NCBI GenBank assembly: GCA_035601235.1
Contig: DATNOR010000076.1
Span: 29,275-93,274 of the forward strand
Origin: Gemmatimonadales bacterium
Lineage (GTDB): Bacteria > Gemmatimonadota > Gemmatimonadetes > Gemmatimonadales > GWC2-71-9
Direction of reading: 5' to 3'
Length of the DNA: 64,000 nucleotides
Notes under the pieces: model-generated
The model's database searches: none
What the model saw: only the letters and a program-made list of their open reading frames with translations
Told to the model about the DNA's origin: nothing
Made by a program: the position numbers and the translations under genes
In this document: positions 52,728 to 63,493 of the stretch, piece by piece
Position numbering within the stretch: the first letter of the stretch is position 1
Layout of the letters: each line of letters opens with the position of its first letter

Positions 52728-53942
52728 TCTCTCTCGCTGTTGCTGGGGCTGGTGTGCGCCGCACCCGCGGCCGCGCAGGTGCGGCCGGGGATCGAGGTGC
52801 TGCTCTCGGATTCGATCGGGCTCGTGGCCGGCAAGCGCGTCGCGCTGCTCACGAACCAAACCGGGGTGAACCGCCTGGGTCAGCGCGACATCGATCTCGT
52901 GCGCGGTACCCCAGGCGTGCGCCTGCTCGTGATCCTCAGTCCGGAGCACGGGTTGCGCGGAACCGAGGACCGTCCGGGGCTCCCCGACGCGGTCGACTCC
53001 GCTTCCGGACTACCAATCTACAGCCTCTACGGCGGGACGCCCCTGTCCGCGATCGCGGGTCTCGATAGCGTGGACGTCGTGCTGGTGGACCTGCAGGACA
53101 TCGGCGCCCGCTACTACAGCTATCCCACGACGGCCGTCCTGCTGCTGCAGGAGGCCGCGCGCCGCGCCAAGCCGCTGGTGGTGCTCGACCGGCCCAACCC
53201 CGTCGGCGGCGTCGCGGTGCAGGGAAACGTACCGGCGACGGCGCGTACGGTCGAGCGCATCGGGGACTTCCTGCCGGTTCCGATGCGCCACGGGATGACG
53301 ATGGGCGAGGTGGCGCGACTCGCGAACGAGGTGTACGGCATCCATGCCCGGCTCGCGGTGGTGCCGGCCGCGGGGTGGCGGCGCGCGATGTATTACGACG
53401 ACACCGGCCTGCCGTGGGTGCGCCCGTCGCCCAACATGCCGGACCTGGAAAGCGCCCTGCACTATCCCGGGACCTGCCTGTTCGAGGGCACCAATCTCTC
53501 GGTGGGACGCGGCACGCCGCTCGCGTTCAAGGTGATCGGCGCGCCCTGGCTCGATACCGGCGCGGTGTTACCGCGGCTGCGCGGCGCCGGCAGGTGGGCC
53601 CAGGAAGGATTGAACGGCGTGGAGGTGTCGGGGGTCGTGTTCACGCCGAGGGCGCCGACCGACGGGAAGTACGACGGGGTGGAGCTGCGCGGCATCCGGC
53701 TGCGCGTCACCGACCGGCGGCGCTACGATCCGACGCGCGCCGCGGTGCTGGTCCTCACGGCGATCGAGGCGGCGCACCGCGACTCGCTGCGCTTCGACGC
53801 GGCGCGCTTCGACCGGTTGGCCGAGGGTGGTGAGCTGCGTCGGGCGATCCTCAGCGCCCGCGCCGCGGACGCCGTGTGGCGCAGCTGGGAGCCGGCGCTC
53901 GCGCGGTTTCGCCGGCTGCGCGCCAAGTACTTGCTCTATTGA
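52716..53942 (+). CDS. DUF1343 protein (exo-beta-N-acetylmuramidase NamZ-like)
   Basis: ATG 52716 behind AGGAG. Signal MRPHSLSLLLGLVCAAPAAAQ. Contains GKRVALLTNQTGV, SPEHGLRG and DLQDIGARYYSY. Confidence 0.8.
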   Translation: MRPHSLSLLLGLVCAAPAAAQVRPGIEVLLSDSIGLVAGKRVALLTNQTGVNRLGQRDIDLVRGTPGVRLLVILSPEHGLRGTEDRPGLPDAVDSASGLPIYSLYGGTPLSAIAGLDSVDVVLVDLQDIGARYYSYPTTAVLLLQEAARRAKPLVVLDRPNPVGGVAVQGNVPATARTVERIGDFLPVPMRHGMTMGEVARLANEVYGIHARLAVVPAAGWRRAMYYDDTGLPWVRPSPNMPDLESALHYPGTCLFEGTNLSVGRGTPLAFKVIGAPWLDTGAVLPRLRGAGRWAQEGLNGVEVSGVVFTPRAPTDGKYDGVELRGIRLRVTDRRRYDPTRAAVLVLTAIEAAHRDSLRFDAARFDRLAEGGELRRAILSARAADAVWRSWEPALARFRRLRAKYLLY

Positions 53943-53975
53943 GACTCCGTCCCCCTCCCGCTACTTTCCCCGGCC

Positions 53976-54674
53976 ATGATCGTGATCCCGCAGAAGGTGC
54001 GTGACGGCTTTGGAAACCTGCTCGATCCGCTCGCCCTGCGACTGATTCGCCTGCACGTTCGGCCCAACTTCATCACCACCATCGGCACGCTGGTGATCGT
54101 CGCATCGGCGGTCGCGTTCGCGCTCGGCCGGGCACGCTGGGGCGGGCTGTTGCTCCTCTTATCCGGTCTGTGCGACATGGTGGACGGCCGCGTGGCCCGG
54201 CGCGGGGGTATGGTCACGACCTTCGGCGCGTTCTTCGACTCGACGCTCGACCGGCTCGGCGAAGCGGCGCTGTTCTCAGGCATCGCGATCTATTTCCTGC
54301 GCGGCGGCGTCGCCCCCGCGCGCGTCACCCTGGCGGTCGCCGCGTGCCTCGTCGCCCTGACGGCGTCGCTGCTCGTGTCGTACACGCGGGCCCGAGCCGA
54401 AGGGCTGGGCCTGAGCGTCAAGGTGGGCATCGCGCAGCGCGCCGAGCGCGTGCTGCTGCTCGGCGCTCCGACCCTGTTTTTCGGCGCCGGGAACCGCGGC
54501 GCGTTGTTGTTCTGGATCGTCGTGGTGCTGGCGCTCGCGACCGCCGTGACCGTGGTGCAGCGCGTGCTGTACGTGGCGCGCGTGGCCCGCGAGCCGGCCA
54601 TGCCGCGGCCGCCGCGTGTCCGGGAGACGCTGCCGGGGCACGCGCCCGCGCTGCAAACTCGGAAAGGACCGTAA
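53976..54674 (+). CDS. CDP-alcohol phosphatidyltransferase (phosphatidylinositol-phosphate-synthase-like by context)
   Basis: Signature CDMVDGRVARRGGMVTTFGAFFDSTLDRLGE. Its stop lies 2 nt before the inositol-3-phosphate synthase start. Confidence 0.85.
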   Translation: MIVIPQKVRDGFGNLLDPLALRLIRLHVRPNFITTIGTLVIVASAVAFALGRARWGGLLLLLSGLCDMVDGRVARRGGMVTTFGAFFDSTLDRLGEAALFSGIAIYFLRGGVAPARVTLAVAACLVALTASLLVSYTRARAEGLGLSVKVGIAQRAERVLLLGAPTLFFGAGNRGALLFWIVVVLALATAVTVVQRVLYVARVAREPAMPRPPRVRETLPGHAPALQTRKGP

Positions 54675-54676
54675 TC

Positions 54677-56005
54677 GTGGCACAGCCGTCCGGCCGGGAG
54701 ATCGCGCCCGCCAGAGGAAAGCTCGGCGTCATGCTGGTGGGGCTCGGGGCCGTCTCGACGACGTTCGTGGCGGGCGTCGAGAACGTGCGCCGCGGAACGG
54801 GCATCCCGATCGGATCGCTGTCGCAGATGGGAACCATCCGGCTCGGGAAGCGCACCGAGAAGCGGAGTCCCAAGATCAAGGACTTCGTGCCCCTGGCCGA
54901 TCTGAAGGACCTGGTCTTCACGGCCTGGGACCCGATTCCGGACGACGCCTACGCTGCGGCGGTGAAGGCGGGCGTGCTGGACCGGCACGAGCATCTGGAG
55001 CCCATCAAAGACTTCCTCCAGGGGATCAAGCCGCTGCCGGCCGCCTTCGACCAGCATTACGTCAAACGGCTGCACGGCACCAACGTGAAGACCGGCAAGA
55101 ACAAGCGCGATCTCGCCGAGCAGCTGCGACAGGACATCCGCGATTTCAAGAAGCGCTCGGGGGCCGACCGCCTGGTGATGATCTGGGCGGCCTCGACCGA
55201 GGTGTTTCTCACCATCGGGCCGGCGCACCAGAGCCTGCAGGCGTTCGAGCAGGCGATGGAGCAGAGCGATCCCGCCATCGCGCCCTCGATGCTCTACGCG
55301 TACGCCGCGCTGATGGAGAACGTGCCGTTCGCCAACGGCGCCCCCAATCTCACCGTCGACGTTCCCGCGCTCCAGCGCCTGGCGGAGGAGCGCAGGCTCC
55401 CGATCGGCGGCAAGGACTTCAAGACCGGGCAGACGATGATGAAGACCGTGCTGGCGCCCGCGTTCAAGGCGCGCATGCTGGGCCTGGCCGGCTGGTATTC
55501 CACCAACATCCTGGGCAACCGCGACGGCGAGGTGCTGGACGACCCCGAGTCGTTCAAGACCAAGGAGGAGTCAAAGCTCGGAGTGCTCGAATACATCCTC
55601 CAGCCCGACCAGTATCCCGAGCTGTACGGCAACGTGTTTCACAAGGTGCGAATCAACTATTATCCGCCGCGGGGGGACAACAAAGAAGGCTGGGACAACA
55701 TCGACATCTTCGGGTGGCTCGGCTACCCGATGCAGATCAAGGTCGATTTCCTGTGCCGCGATTCGATCCTCGCAGCCCCCATCGTCCTCGACCTCGCGCT
55801 GTTCTTCGATCTGGCGCAGCGGGCGCGTCTCTCGGGCATCCAGGAGTGGCTGTCGTTCTACTTCAAGAGTCCCCAGACCGCGCCTGGGCTGTACCCCGAG
55901 CACGATCTGTTCATCCAGCAGACCAAACTGAAGAACACCCTCCGTTGGCTCATGGGCGAGGAACAGATCACCCACCTCGGCATCGAATACTACGAGAAGG
56001 CGTGA
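54677..56005 (+). CDS. ino1: myo-Inositol-3-phosphate synthase
   Basis: GTG 54677 behind GGAAAGGA. Contains KLGVMLVGLGAVSTTFVAG, NGAPNLTVD and LSFYFKSPQ. 442 aa. Confidence 0.85.
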   Translation: MAQPSGREIAPARGKLGVMLVGLGAVSTTFVAGVENVRRGTGIPIGSLSQMGTIRLGKRTEKRSPKIKDFVPLADLKDLVFTAWDPIPDDAYAAAVKAGVLDRHEHLEPIKDFLQGIKPLPAAFDQHYVKRLHGTNVKTGKNKRDLAEQLRQDIRDFKKRSGADRLVMIWAASTEVFLTIGPAHQSLQAFEQAMEQSDPAIAPSMLYAYAALMENVPFANGAPNLTVDVPALQRLAEERRLPIGGKDFKTGQTMMKTVLAPAFKARMLGLAGWYSTNILGNRDGEVLDDPESFKTKEESKLGVLEYILQPDQYPELYGNVFHKVRINYYPPRGDNKEGWDNIDIFGWLGYPMQIKVDFLCRDSILAAPIVLDLALFFDLAQRARLSGIQEWLSFYFKSPQTAPGLYPEHDLFIQQTKLKNTLRWLMGEEQITHLGIEYYEKA

Positions 56006-56419
56006 GCGCCGCGCAGTACGCTGTCACGGCCGCCGGGGTCGCCGCCATCGTCTGGGTCCTGTGGTACTTCCTGCGCTCCAAGGGGTCGGCCGTGCCCGCC
56101 GCCACCAAGGACGGCGTGCAGGAGGTGCGGATCACGGTCAAGGGCGGCTATACGCCGGACACGGTCGTGGTCCAGGCGGGGAAGCCGGTGCGCCTGCAGT
56201 TCTACCGCGACGAGACCGCGGACTGCTCGGAGCGGATCGTGCTCGAAGACTTCGGAATCGACGCTGCCCTGCCCGCGTTTCAGACGACCGATATCGAGTT
56301 CACGCCGGCTGAGCCGGGGGAATTCCGGTTCCGCTGTGGTATGAACATGCTGAAGGGTCTGCTGGTGGTCGAGCCGGCGACGGCGGAGCGTCGGCCCGCG
56401 GCGTCACCCCACACGCTCC

Positions 56420-56427
<8 letters not shown>
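56002..56427 (+). CDS. Membrane-anchored cupredoxin-like domain protein
   Basis: GTG 56002 overlaps the ino1 stop (GTGA). One TM helix, then [26 protein letters not shown]...[18 protein letters not shown]. This type is commonly found next to copper ATPases. Confidence 0.65.
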
Positions 56428-58965
<2,538 letters not shown>

Positions 58966-58969
<4 letters not shown>

Positions 58970-59256
58970 GATACTTCCACCGAACGAGCCTGAGCCCCGA
59001 TGATGCGCTCGCGCAGGCCAAGGTGTTTTTCGGCGGCCGCCTGGCGCCGGCCGACGAGGGCGCCCGGCGGCGCAGCTACGCCGGCGCGCTGGGCCGTATC
59101 ACGGTCGCGGCCCGGCCCGAGGGCGGACACTATACGCTGGTGCAGGTCACGACTGATCAGGTGGGCGAATCGGAGCTCGACCGTCTCGCCAAGCGCTTTC
59201 TCGCGGAGCTGCACAAACAGGTCGAGCCGGGCCACGACCTGCGGGGCGCGTACTAA
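58966..59256 (+). CDS. Hypothetical protein (96 aa) coupled to copA
   Basis: ATG 58966 overlaps the copA stop (ATGA). Codon usage is GC3-rich. No motif recognised. Confidence 0.5.
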
Positions 59257-59468
59257 CCCGCCACGCGTGCGCGGTAGCCGGCCCGCTCGATAGCCGCGAT
59301 CAGCTGGTCGGTGGTCGCGGCGTCGTCGTCGAAGTCGACCTCGGCCTCCCCGGCCTGGAGATCCACGATGGCGGAATACACGCCGCCCGCGTGCTTGAGC
59401 GCCTGCTCGACTTTCGCCTGACAATGCCCGCACGTCATACCGCTCACGCGCAGTTTCAACGTCGCCAT
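59253..59468 (-). CDS. copZ: Heavy-metal-associated copper chaperone
   Basis: ATG 59468 behind GGAGGAGG (the track ORF starts at 59495). MATLKLRVSGMTCGHCQAKVEQAL carries the MxCxxC motif. Confidence 0.85.
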   Translation of the reverse strand: MATLKLRVSGMTCGHCQAKVEQALKHAGGVYSAIVDLQAGEAEVDFDDDAATTDQLIAAIERAGYRARVAG

Positions 59469-59530
59469 ATGGCCTCCTCCATGACCCCGGGGCATGGCCC
59501 CGGAGTTGGCCGCCCACTACAATTTACCTC

Positions 59531-60598
59531 ATGGCCTCCCGCGCCGCTCCGACCACGCACTCACGGCCCCCCTCCGCCACCGCCCCCGGCGGTCTCACGC
59601 GCGTCCAGCTGCTCGAGATCTATCGGTACCTGCGACTCACGCGCACCCTGGAGGAGCGGCTCGTAGCCCTGTACCGGCAGAGCAAGGTCATCGGAGGCCT
59701 GTTCCGTTCGCTCGGCCAGGAGGGGGAGTCCGTCGCGTCGGCGTATGCCCTCGACCGGGGCGGTAATCGGGATATCCTCTCCCCCCTCATCCGTAACCTG
59801 GGCTCGATGCTGGTGATGGGCGCGCAACCGATCCAGATCTTGCGCCAGTACATGGCCAAGGCCGAAGGCCCGACGCACGGGCGCGAACTGAACGTCCATT
59901 TCAACGACCTCGAGCGGGGCTATCTGGGCCAGATTTCCCACCTGGGCGACATGGTTCCCGTCATGGCGGGCATCGCCTTGACCTTCAAGCTGCGCGGGGA
60001 ACGGCGGGTGGGGCTGGTCTACATCGGGGATGGGGCGACCTCCACGGGGACCTTCCACGAGGGCCTGAACTTCGCGGCCGTGCTGCGGGTGCCCCTGGTG
60101 GTGATCGCGGAATACAACCGCTGGGCGTACTCGACGCCCCCCGAGAAACAATTCGCGGTCAAGGACCTGGCCGAGAAGGCGAAGGCTTACGGCGTCCCGG
60201 GGGTGACGGTGGATGGGAACGACGTGCTGGCGGTGTACGAGGCGACCAGGTTCGCGGTTGAGCGGGCGCGCGATGGCCACGGCGTGCACGTCATCGAGGT
60301 GAAAACGTACCGTCGCAAGGGCCACGCCGAGCACGACGACCAGCACTACGTCCCCAAGGATGAGCTCGACTGGTGGGCGAAGGAGAACGATCCGGTCGAC
60401 CGTTATGTGAAGCGGCTGCTGCAGAGCGAATGGGTCGAGGAGCGCGAGCTGCAGGCGATCGACCAGCAGACGAAGGCGGAGATCGACCAGGCGACGGACG
60501 CATGCGTCGATGAGCCCCTGCCGCCCGGCGACTCGGCCCTGGAGGGCGTGTACGCCAATCCGGCGGTCCTGACGGCACACTGGTATCGGAGCCTGTGA
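59531..60598 (+). CDS. 2-oxoacid dehydrogenase E1 component alpha subunit (TPP-dependent; PDH/BCKDH type)
   Basis: TPP motif YIGDGATSTGTFHEGLNFAAVLRVPLVVIAEYN. No SD before ATG 59531. Confidence 0.9.
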   Translation: MASRAAPTTHSRPPSATAPGGLTRVQLLEIYRYLRLTRTLEERLVALYRQSKVIGGLFRSLGQEGESVASAYALDRGGNRDILSPLIRNLGSMLVMGAQPIQILRQYMAKAEGPTHGRELNVHFNDLERGYLGQISHLGDMVPVMAGIALTFKLRGERRVGLVYIGDGATSTGTFHEGLNFAAVLRVPLVVIAEYNRWAYSTPPEKQFAVKDLAEKAKAYGVPGVTVDGNDVLAVYEATRFAVERARDGHGVHVIEVKTYRRKGHAEHDDQHYVPKDELDWWAKENDPVDRYVKRLLQSEWVEERELQAIDQQTKAEIDQATDACVDEPLPPGDSALEGVYANPAVLTAHWYRSL

Positions 60599-61578
60599 TG
60601 GCCGAGGTCACCTATTTGGAGGCGCTGCGCCAGGGCCTGTGGGAGGAGATGGAGCGCGATCCGCGCGTCTTCATCCTGGGGGAGGACGTCGGCGCCTATG
60701 GGGGCGCCTTCAAGGTGACCGAAGGCTTTGCGAAGCAGTTCGGCGAGGAGCGGGTGATCGACACGCCGATCTCGGAAGCGGCGATCGTCGGCGCGGCGGC
60801 GGGCGCGGCCCACATGGGAATGCGCCCCGTGGCGGAGATGCAGTTCATCGACTTCATCTCGTGCGCCTACGACATGCTCACCAACTATGTGGCGACCGCG
60901 CGCTACCGCGCCGGGCTCGCGACCCCGATGGTGGTGCGGGGGCCGTGCGGCGGCTATGTGAGGGGCGGTCCGTTCCACTCGCAGAATCCGGAGGCGGCGT
61001 TCCTGCACACGCCGGGTTTGAAGATCGTCTATCCGGCCACCGCGCGCGACGCGAAGGGCCTGATCAAGGCGTCGATCCGCGACGATGACCCGGTCATCTA
61101 TCTCGAGCACAAGTGGCTGTATCGCCGGATCAAGGAGCAGCTCCCGGAGGGGGAGGACCTGCTCACGCCGATCGGCGAGGCACGGCTTGCCCGTGAGGGG
61201 AAAGACCTGTCGATCGTCACCTACGGGGCGACTGTGTGGAAGGCGCTCGAGGCCGCCGAGCAGCTCGCCAAGGACGACGGGCTGTCGGTCGAGGTGCTCG
61301 ACCTGCGGACCCTGGTGCCGATGGACGACGCCGCGATCATGCGGACGGTTGAGAAGACGAATAAGGTGTTGATCGTGCACGAAGACACCCGCACCGGGGG
61401 TGTGGCCGGCGAGATCGCGGCCCGCATCAACGAGCAGGCGTTCGCGTGGCTCGACGGGCCGATCATGCGCGTGACGGCGCACGACGTGCCCCTGCCGTAC
61501 GCGCCGACGCTCGAGGACTTCGTGCTGCCGCAGACGGAGGATATCGTCAAGGCGGCGCGCTGGCTGGCGGCGTACTGA
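60598..61578 (+). CDS. 2-oxoacid dehydrogenase E1 component beta subunit
   Basis: ATG 60598 (TGATG junction; the track uses GTG 60595). Contains FILGEDVGAYGGAFKVT and RVIDTPISEAAIVG. Confidence 0.9.
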   Translation: MAEVTYLEALRQGLWEEMERDPRVFILGEDVGAYGGAFKVTEGFAKQFGEERVIDTPISEAAIVGAAAGAAHMGMRPVAEMQFIDFISCAYDMLTNYVATARYRAGLATPMVVRGPCGGYVRGGPFHSQNPEAAFLHTPGLKIVYPATARDAKGLIKASIRDDDPVIYLEHKWLYRRIKEQLPEGEDLLTPIGEARLAREGKDLSIVTYGATVWKALEAAEQLAKDDGLSVEVLDLRTLVPMDDAAIMRTVEKTNKVLIVHEDTRTGGVAGEIAARINEQAFAWLDGPIMRVTAHDVPLPYAPTLEDFVLPQTEDIVKAARWLAAY

Positions 61579-61587
61579 GGAGACCGC

Positions 61588-62898
61588 ATGGCTCGGATTG
61601 ACGTGTTGATGCCGCAGATGGGAGAGTCGATCGCGGAAGGGACCCTCTCCAAGTGGCTCAAGAAGCTGGGCGACGAAGTGAAGCGGGACGAGCCGCTGTT
61701 CGAGATCTCCACCGATAAGGTGGACGCCGAGATCCCGGCCCCTACTGCCGGGGTCTTGGCCGAGATCAAGGTGCAGGAGGGGCAGACGGTCCCGGTGCAG
61801 ACATTGGTGGCAGTGATCGAGACCGACAAAAGCGCTGCGACGACTGGGGCCCCCTCCGCGGCAGCCCAGCGGGCGCCCGCCGCTGCGGGGGCCCCAGCCG
61901 CCGCAGCGCCGGCTGCGGTAGCACCCGTCCCTCGTCCCTCGTCCCCCGTCCCCCCCAAGGGCGACGGTGCCGAGACCGCCGAGGAGCGTCTCCGCCGCAA
62001 ATCGACGCCGCTGGTGCGCAAGATCGCCGCCGAGCACCGCGTCGACATCTCGACGATTCCGGGAACAGGCTTCGCGGGCCGGGTCACCAAGCAGGACATC
62101 CTGGGCGTCATCGAGCGGGCACCGACTGCTGCGGCGGTCCCGGCAGCCCCAGCCCCTAGCCCCCAGCCCCTAGCCCCCGCCGTTGAGCCCTGGCCCGGCG
62201 ACCGGGTCGAGCCATTCTCCAAGATCCGCAAGATCACGGCCGACCACATGATCATGTCGCGGCGCGTGTCGGCGCACGTGACGAGCTTCTTCGAGGTCGA
62301 TTACAGCCGCGTCGCGGAGCTGCGCAGGAAGCACAAGGCGGCCGGCGCGGAGCGCGGCGTGAACCTCACGTATCTCGCCTTCATCGCGAAGGCGTGCGCC
62401 GAGAACCTGCGGAAACACCCCGTCGTGAACGCGGCGGTCTCGGGCGACAGCATCATCTACCGCCAGGACGTGAACATCGGGATCGCGGTGGCGCTCGACT
62501 GGGGGCTGATCGTCCCGGTGGTGAAGCGCGCGGACGAGCTGTCGCTGTCCGGGCTCGCGCGCGCGATCAGCGATCTGGGTGAGCGGGCACGCACCAAGAA
62601 ACTGTCGCCCGACGAGATCCAGCGCGGCACCTTCACCATCACCAATCCCGGCGTGTTTGGATCGTACGCCGGGGCGCCCATCATCAATCAGCCCCAGGTC
62701 GCCATCCTCGGGGTGGGCGCCATCGAGAAACGTCCCAAGGTCATCACGCTGGCCGACGGCACCGACACGATCGCGATCCGCACCATGGGAATGGTGTCCA
62801 TGTCCTACGACCACCGGGTCGTGGACGGCGCCGACGCGGATCGGTTCCTCGCCGACGTGAAGCGGACGCTCGAGAACTTCCCCGACGGAGCGATCTAG
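61588..62898 (+). CDS. Dihydrolipoamide acyltransferase E2 component
   Basis: Lipoyl domain EISTDKVDAEIPAP. Ala/Pro linker. Subunit-binding domain PLVRKIAAEHRVDIS. Catalytic SYDHRVVDGADA. Confidence 0.9.
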   Translation: MARIDVLMPQMGESIAEGTLSKWLKKLGDEVKRDEPLFEISTDKVDAEIPAPTAGVLAEIKVQEGQTVPVQTLVAVIETDKSAATTGAPSAAAQRAPAAAGAPAAAAPAAVAPVPRPSSPVPPKGDGAETAEERLRRKSTPLVRKIAAEHRVDISTIPGTGFAGRVTKQDILGVIERAPTAAAVPAAPAPSPQPLAPAVEPWPGDRVEPFSKIRKITADHMIMSRRVSAHVTSFFEVDYSRVAELRRKHKAAGAERGVNLTYLAFIAKACAENLRKHPVVNAAVSGDSIIYRQDVNIGIAVALDWGLIVPVVKRADELSLSGLARAISDLGERARTKKLSPDEIQRGTFTITNPGVFGSYAGAPIINQPQVAILGVGAIEKRPKVITLADGTDTIAIRTMGMVSMSYDHRVVDGADADRFLADVKRTLENFPDGAI

Positions 62899-62899
62899 C

Positions 62900-63214
62900 A
62901 TGCCCAAGGTGCTCACGGCGGCGCGCGTGCGCGTGGCGCCGACCAACGAGGCGGACTACCTCGCCACCTTGCGCGAGCTGTGTCAGTTCGCCGAGGCCCG
63001 CGGCCAGCGCATCTGGCTGTTCCGCAACGCCAAGGATCCGCAGCTGTTCACGGAGTTCTCCGAGAGCCAGACGGAGATGTCGCACCGGGCCCAGGCGTCC
63101 CGGCTCCCTGAAGAGATCAAGCTCGAGAAGCGCCTGCAGGGGCTCGGCACGTACGCCGCCGACGCCTGGGAGCTCTGGACCGAAGTGTCGCTCGTGGCCG
63201 GGGCGGAAGCGTAG
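62900..63214 (+). CDS. Hypothetical protein (104 aa)
   Basis: ATG 62900, 1 nt after the E2 stop. Coding-like GC3. No motif recognised. Confidence 0.5.
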   Translation: MPKVLTAARVRVAPTNEADYLATLRELCQFAEARGQRIWLFRNAKDPQLFTEFSESQTEMSHRAQASRLPEEIKLEKRLQGLGTYAADAWELWTEVSLVAGAEA

Positions 63215-63223
63215 GCGCGGGCG

Positions 63224-63493
63224 ATGGCACGGGGCCAGGTCGTCATAGACGGCGGCACGTGGGAGGTGTATCCGTCGGGGCGGGTCACCGTGTACGGCCG
63301 CGACCAGTTCGGGATCGTGTTCCAGCAGGGCACGGGCCCGGAACGGCGCCGCCGCTTCACCCGCTTCGCGCCCGTCGGCAGCCGCAGCCCCGACGCGGCG
63401 CTCGCCGAGCTGTCCGAGCGCGACCTGGTCCAGCTGTTCCACCAGTCGCAGCCGGCGTGGACGGCGCCGGAGAGTGCCTACGGCGCACGTTGA
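63224..63493 (+). CDS. Hypothetical protein (89 aa)
   Basis: ATG 63224. Coding-like GC3. No motif recognised. Confidence 0.45.
   Translation: MARGQVVIDGGTWEVYPSGRVTVYGRDQFGIVFQQGTGPERRRRFTRFAPVGSRSPDAALAELSERDLVQLFHQSQPAWTAPESAYGAR

Noticed and set aside
62151-62178. Tandem 14-bp duplication AGCCCCTAGCCCCC x2
   Set aside because: It lies inside the Ala/Pro-rich inter-domain linker of the E2 acyltransferase (PAPSPQPLAPA). This is ordinary low-complexity linker sequence, not a regulatory or mobile repeat.
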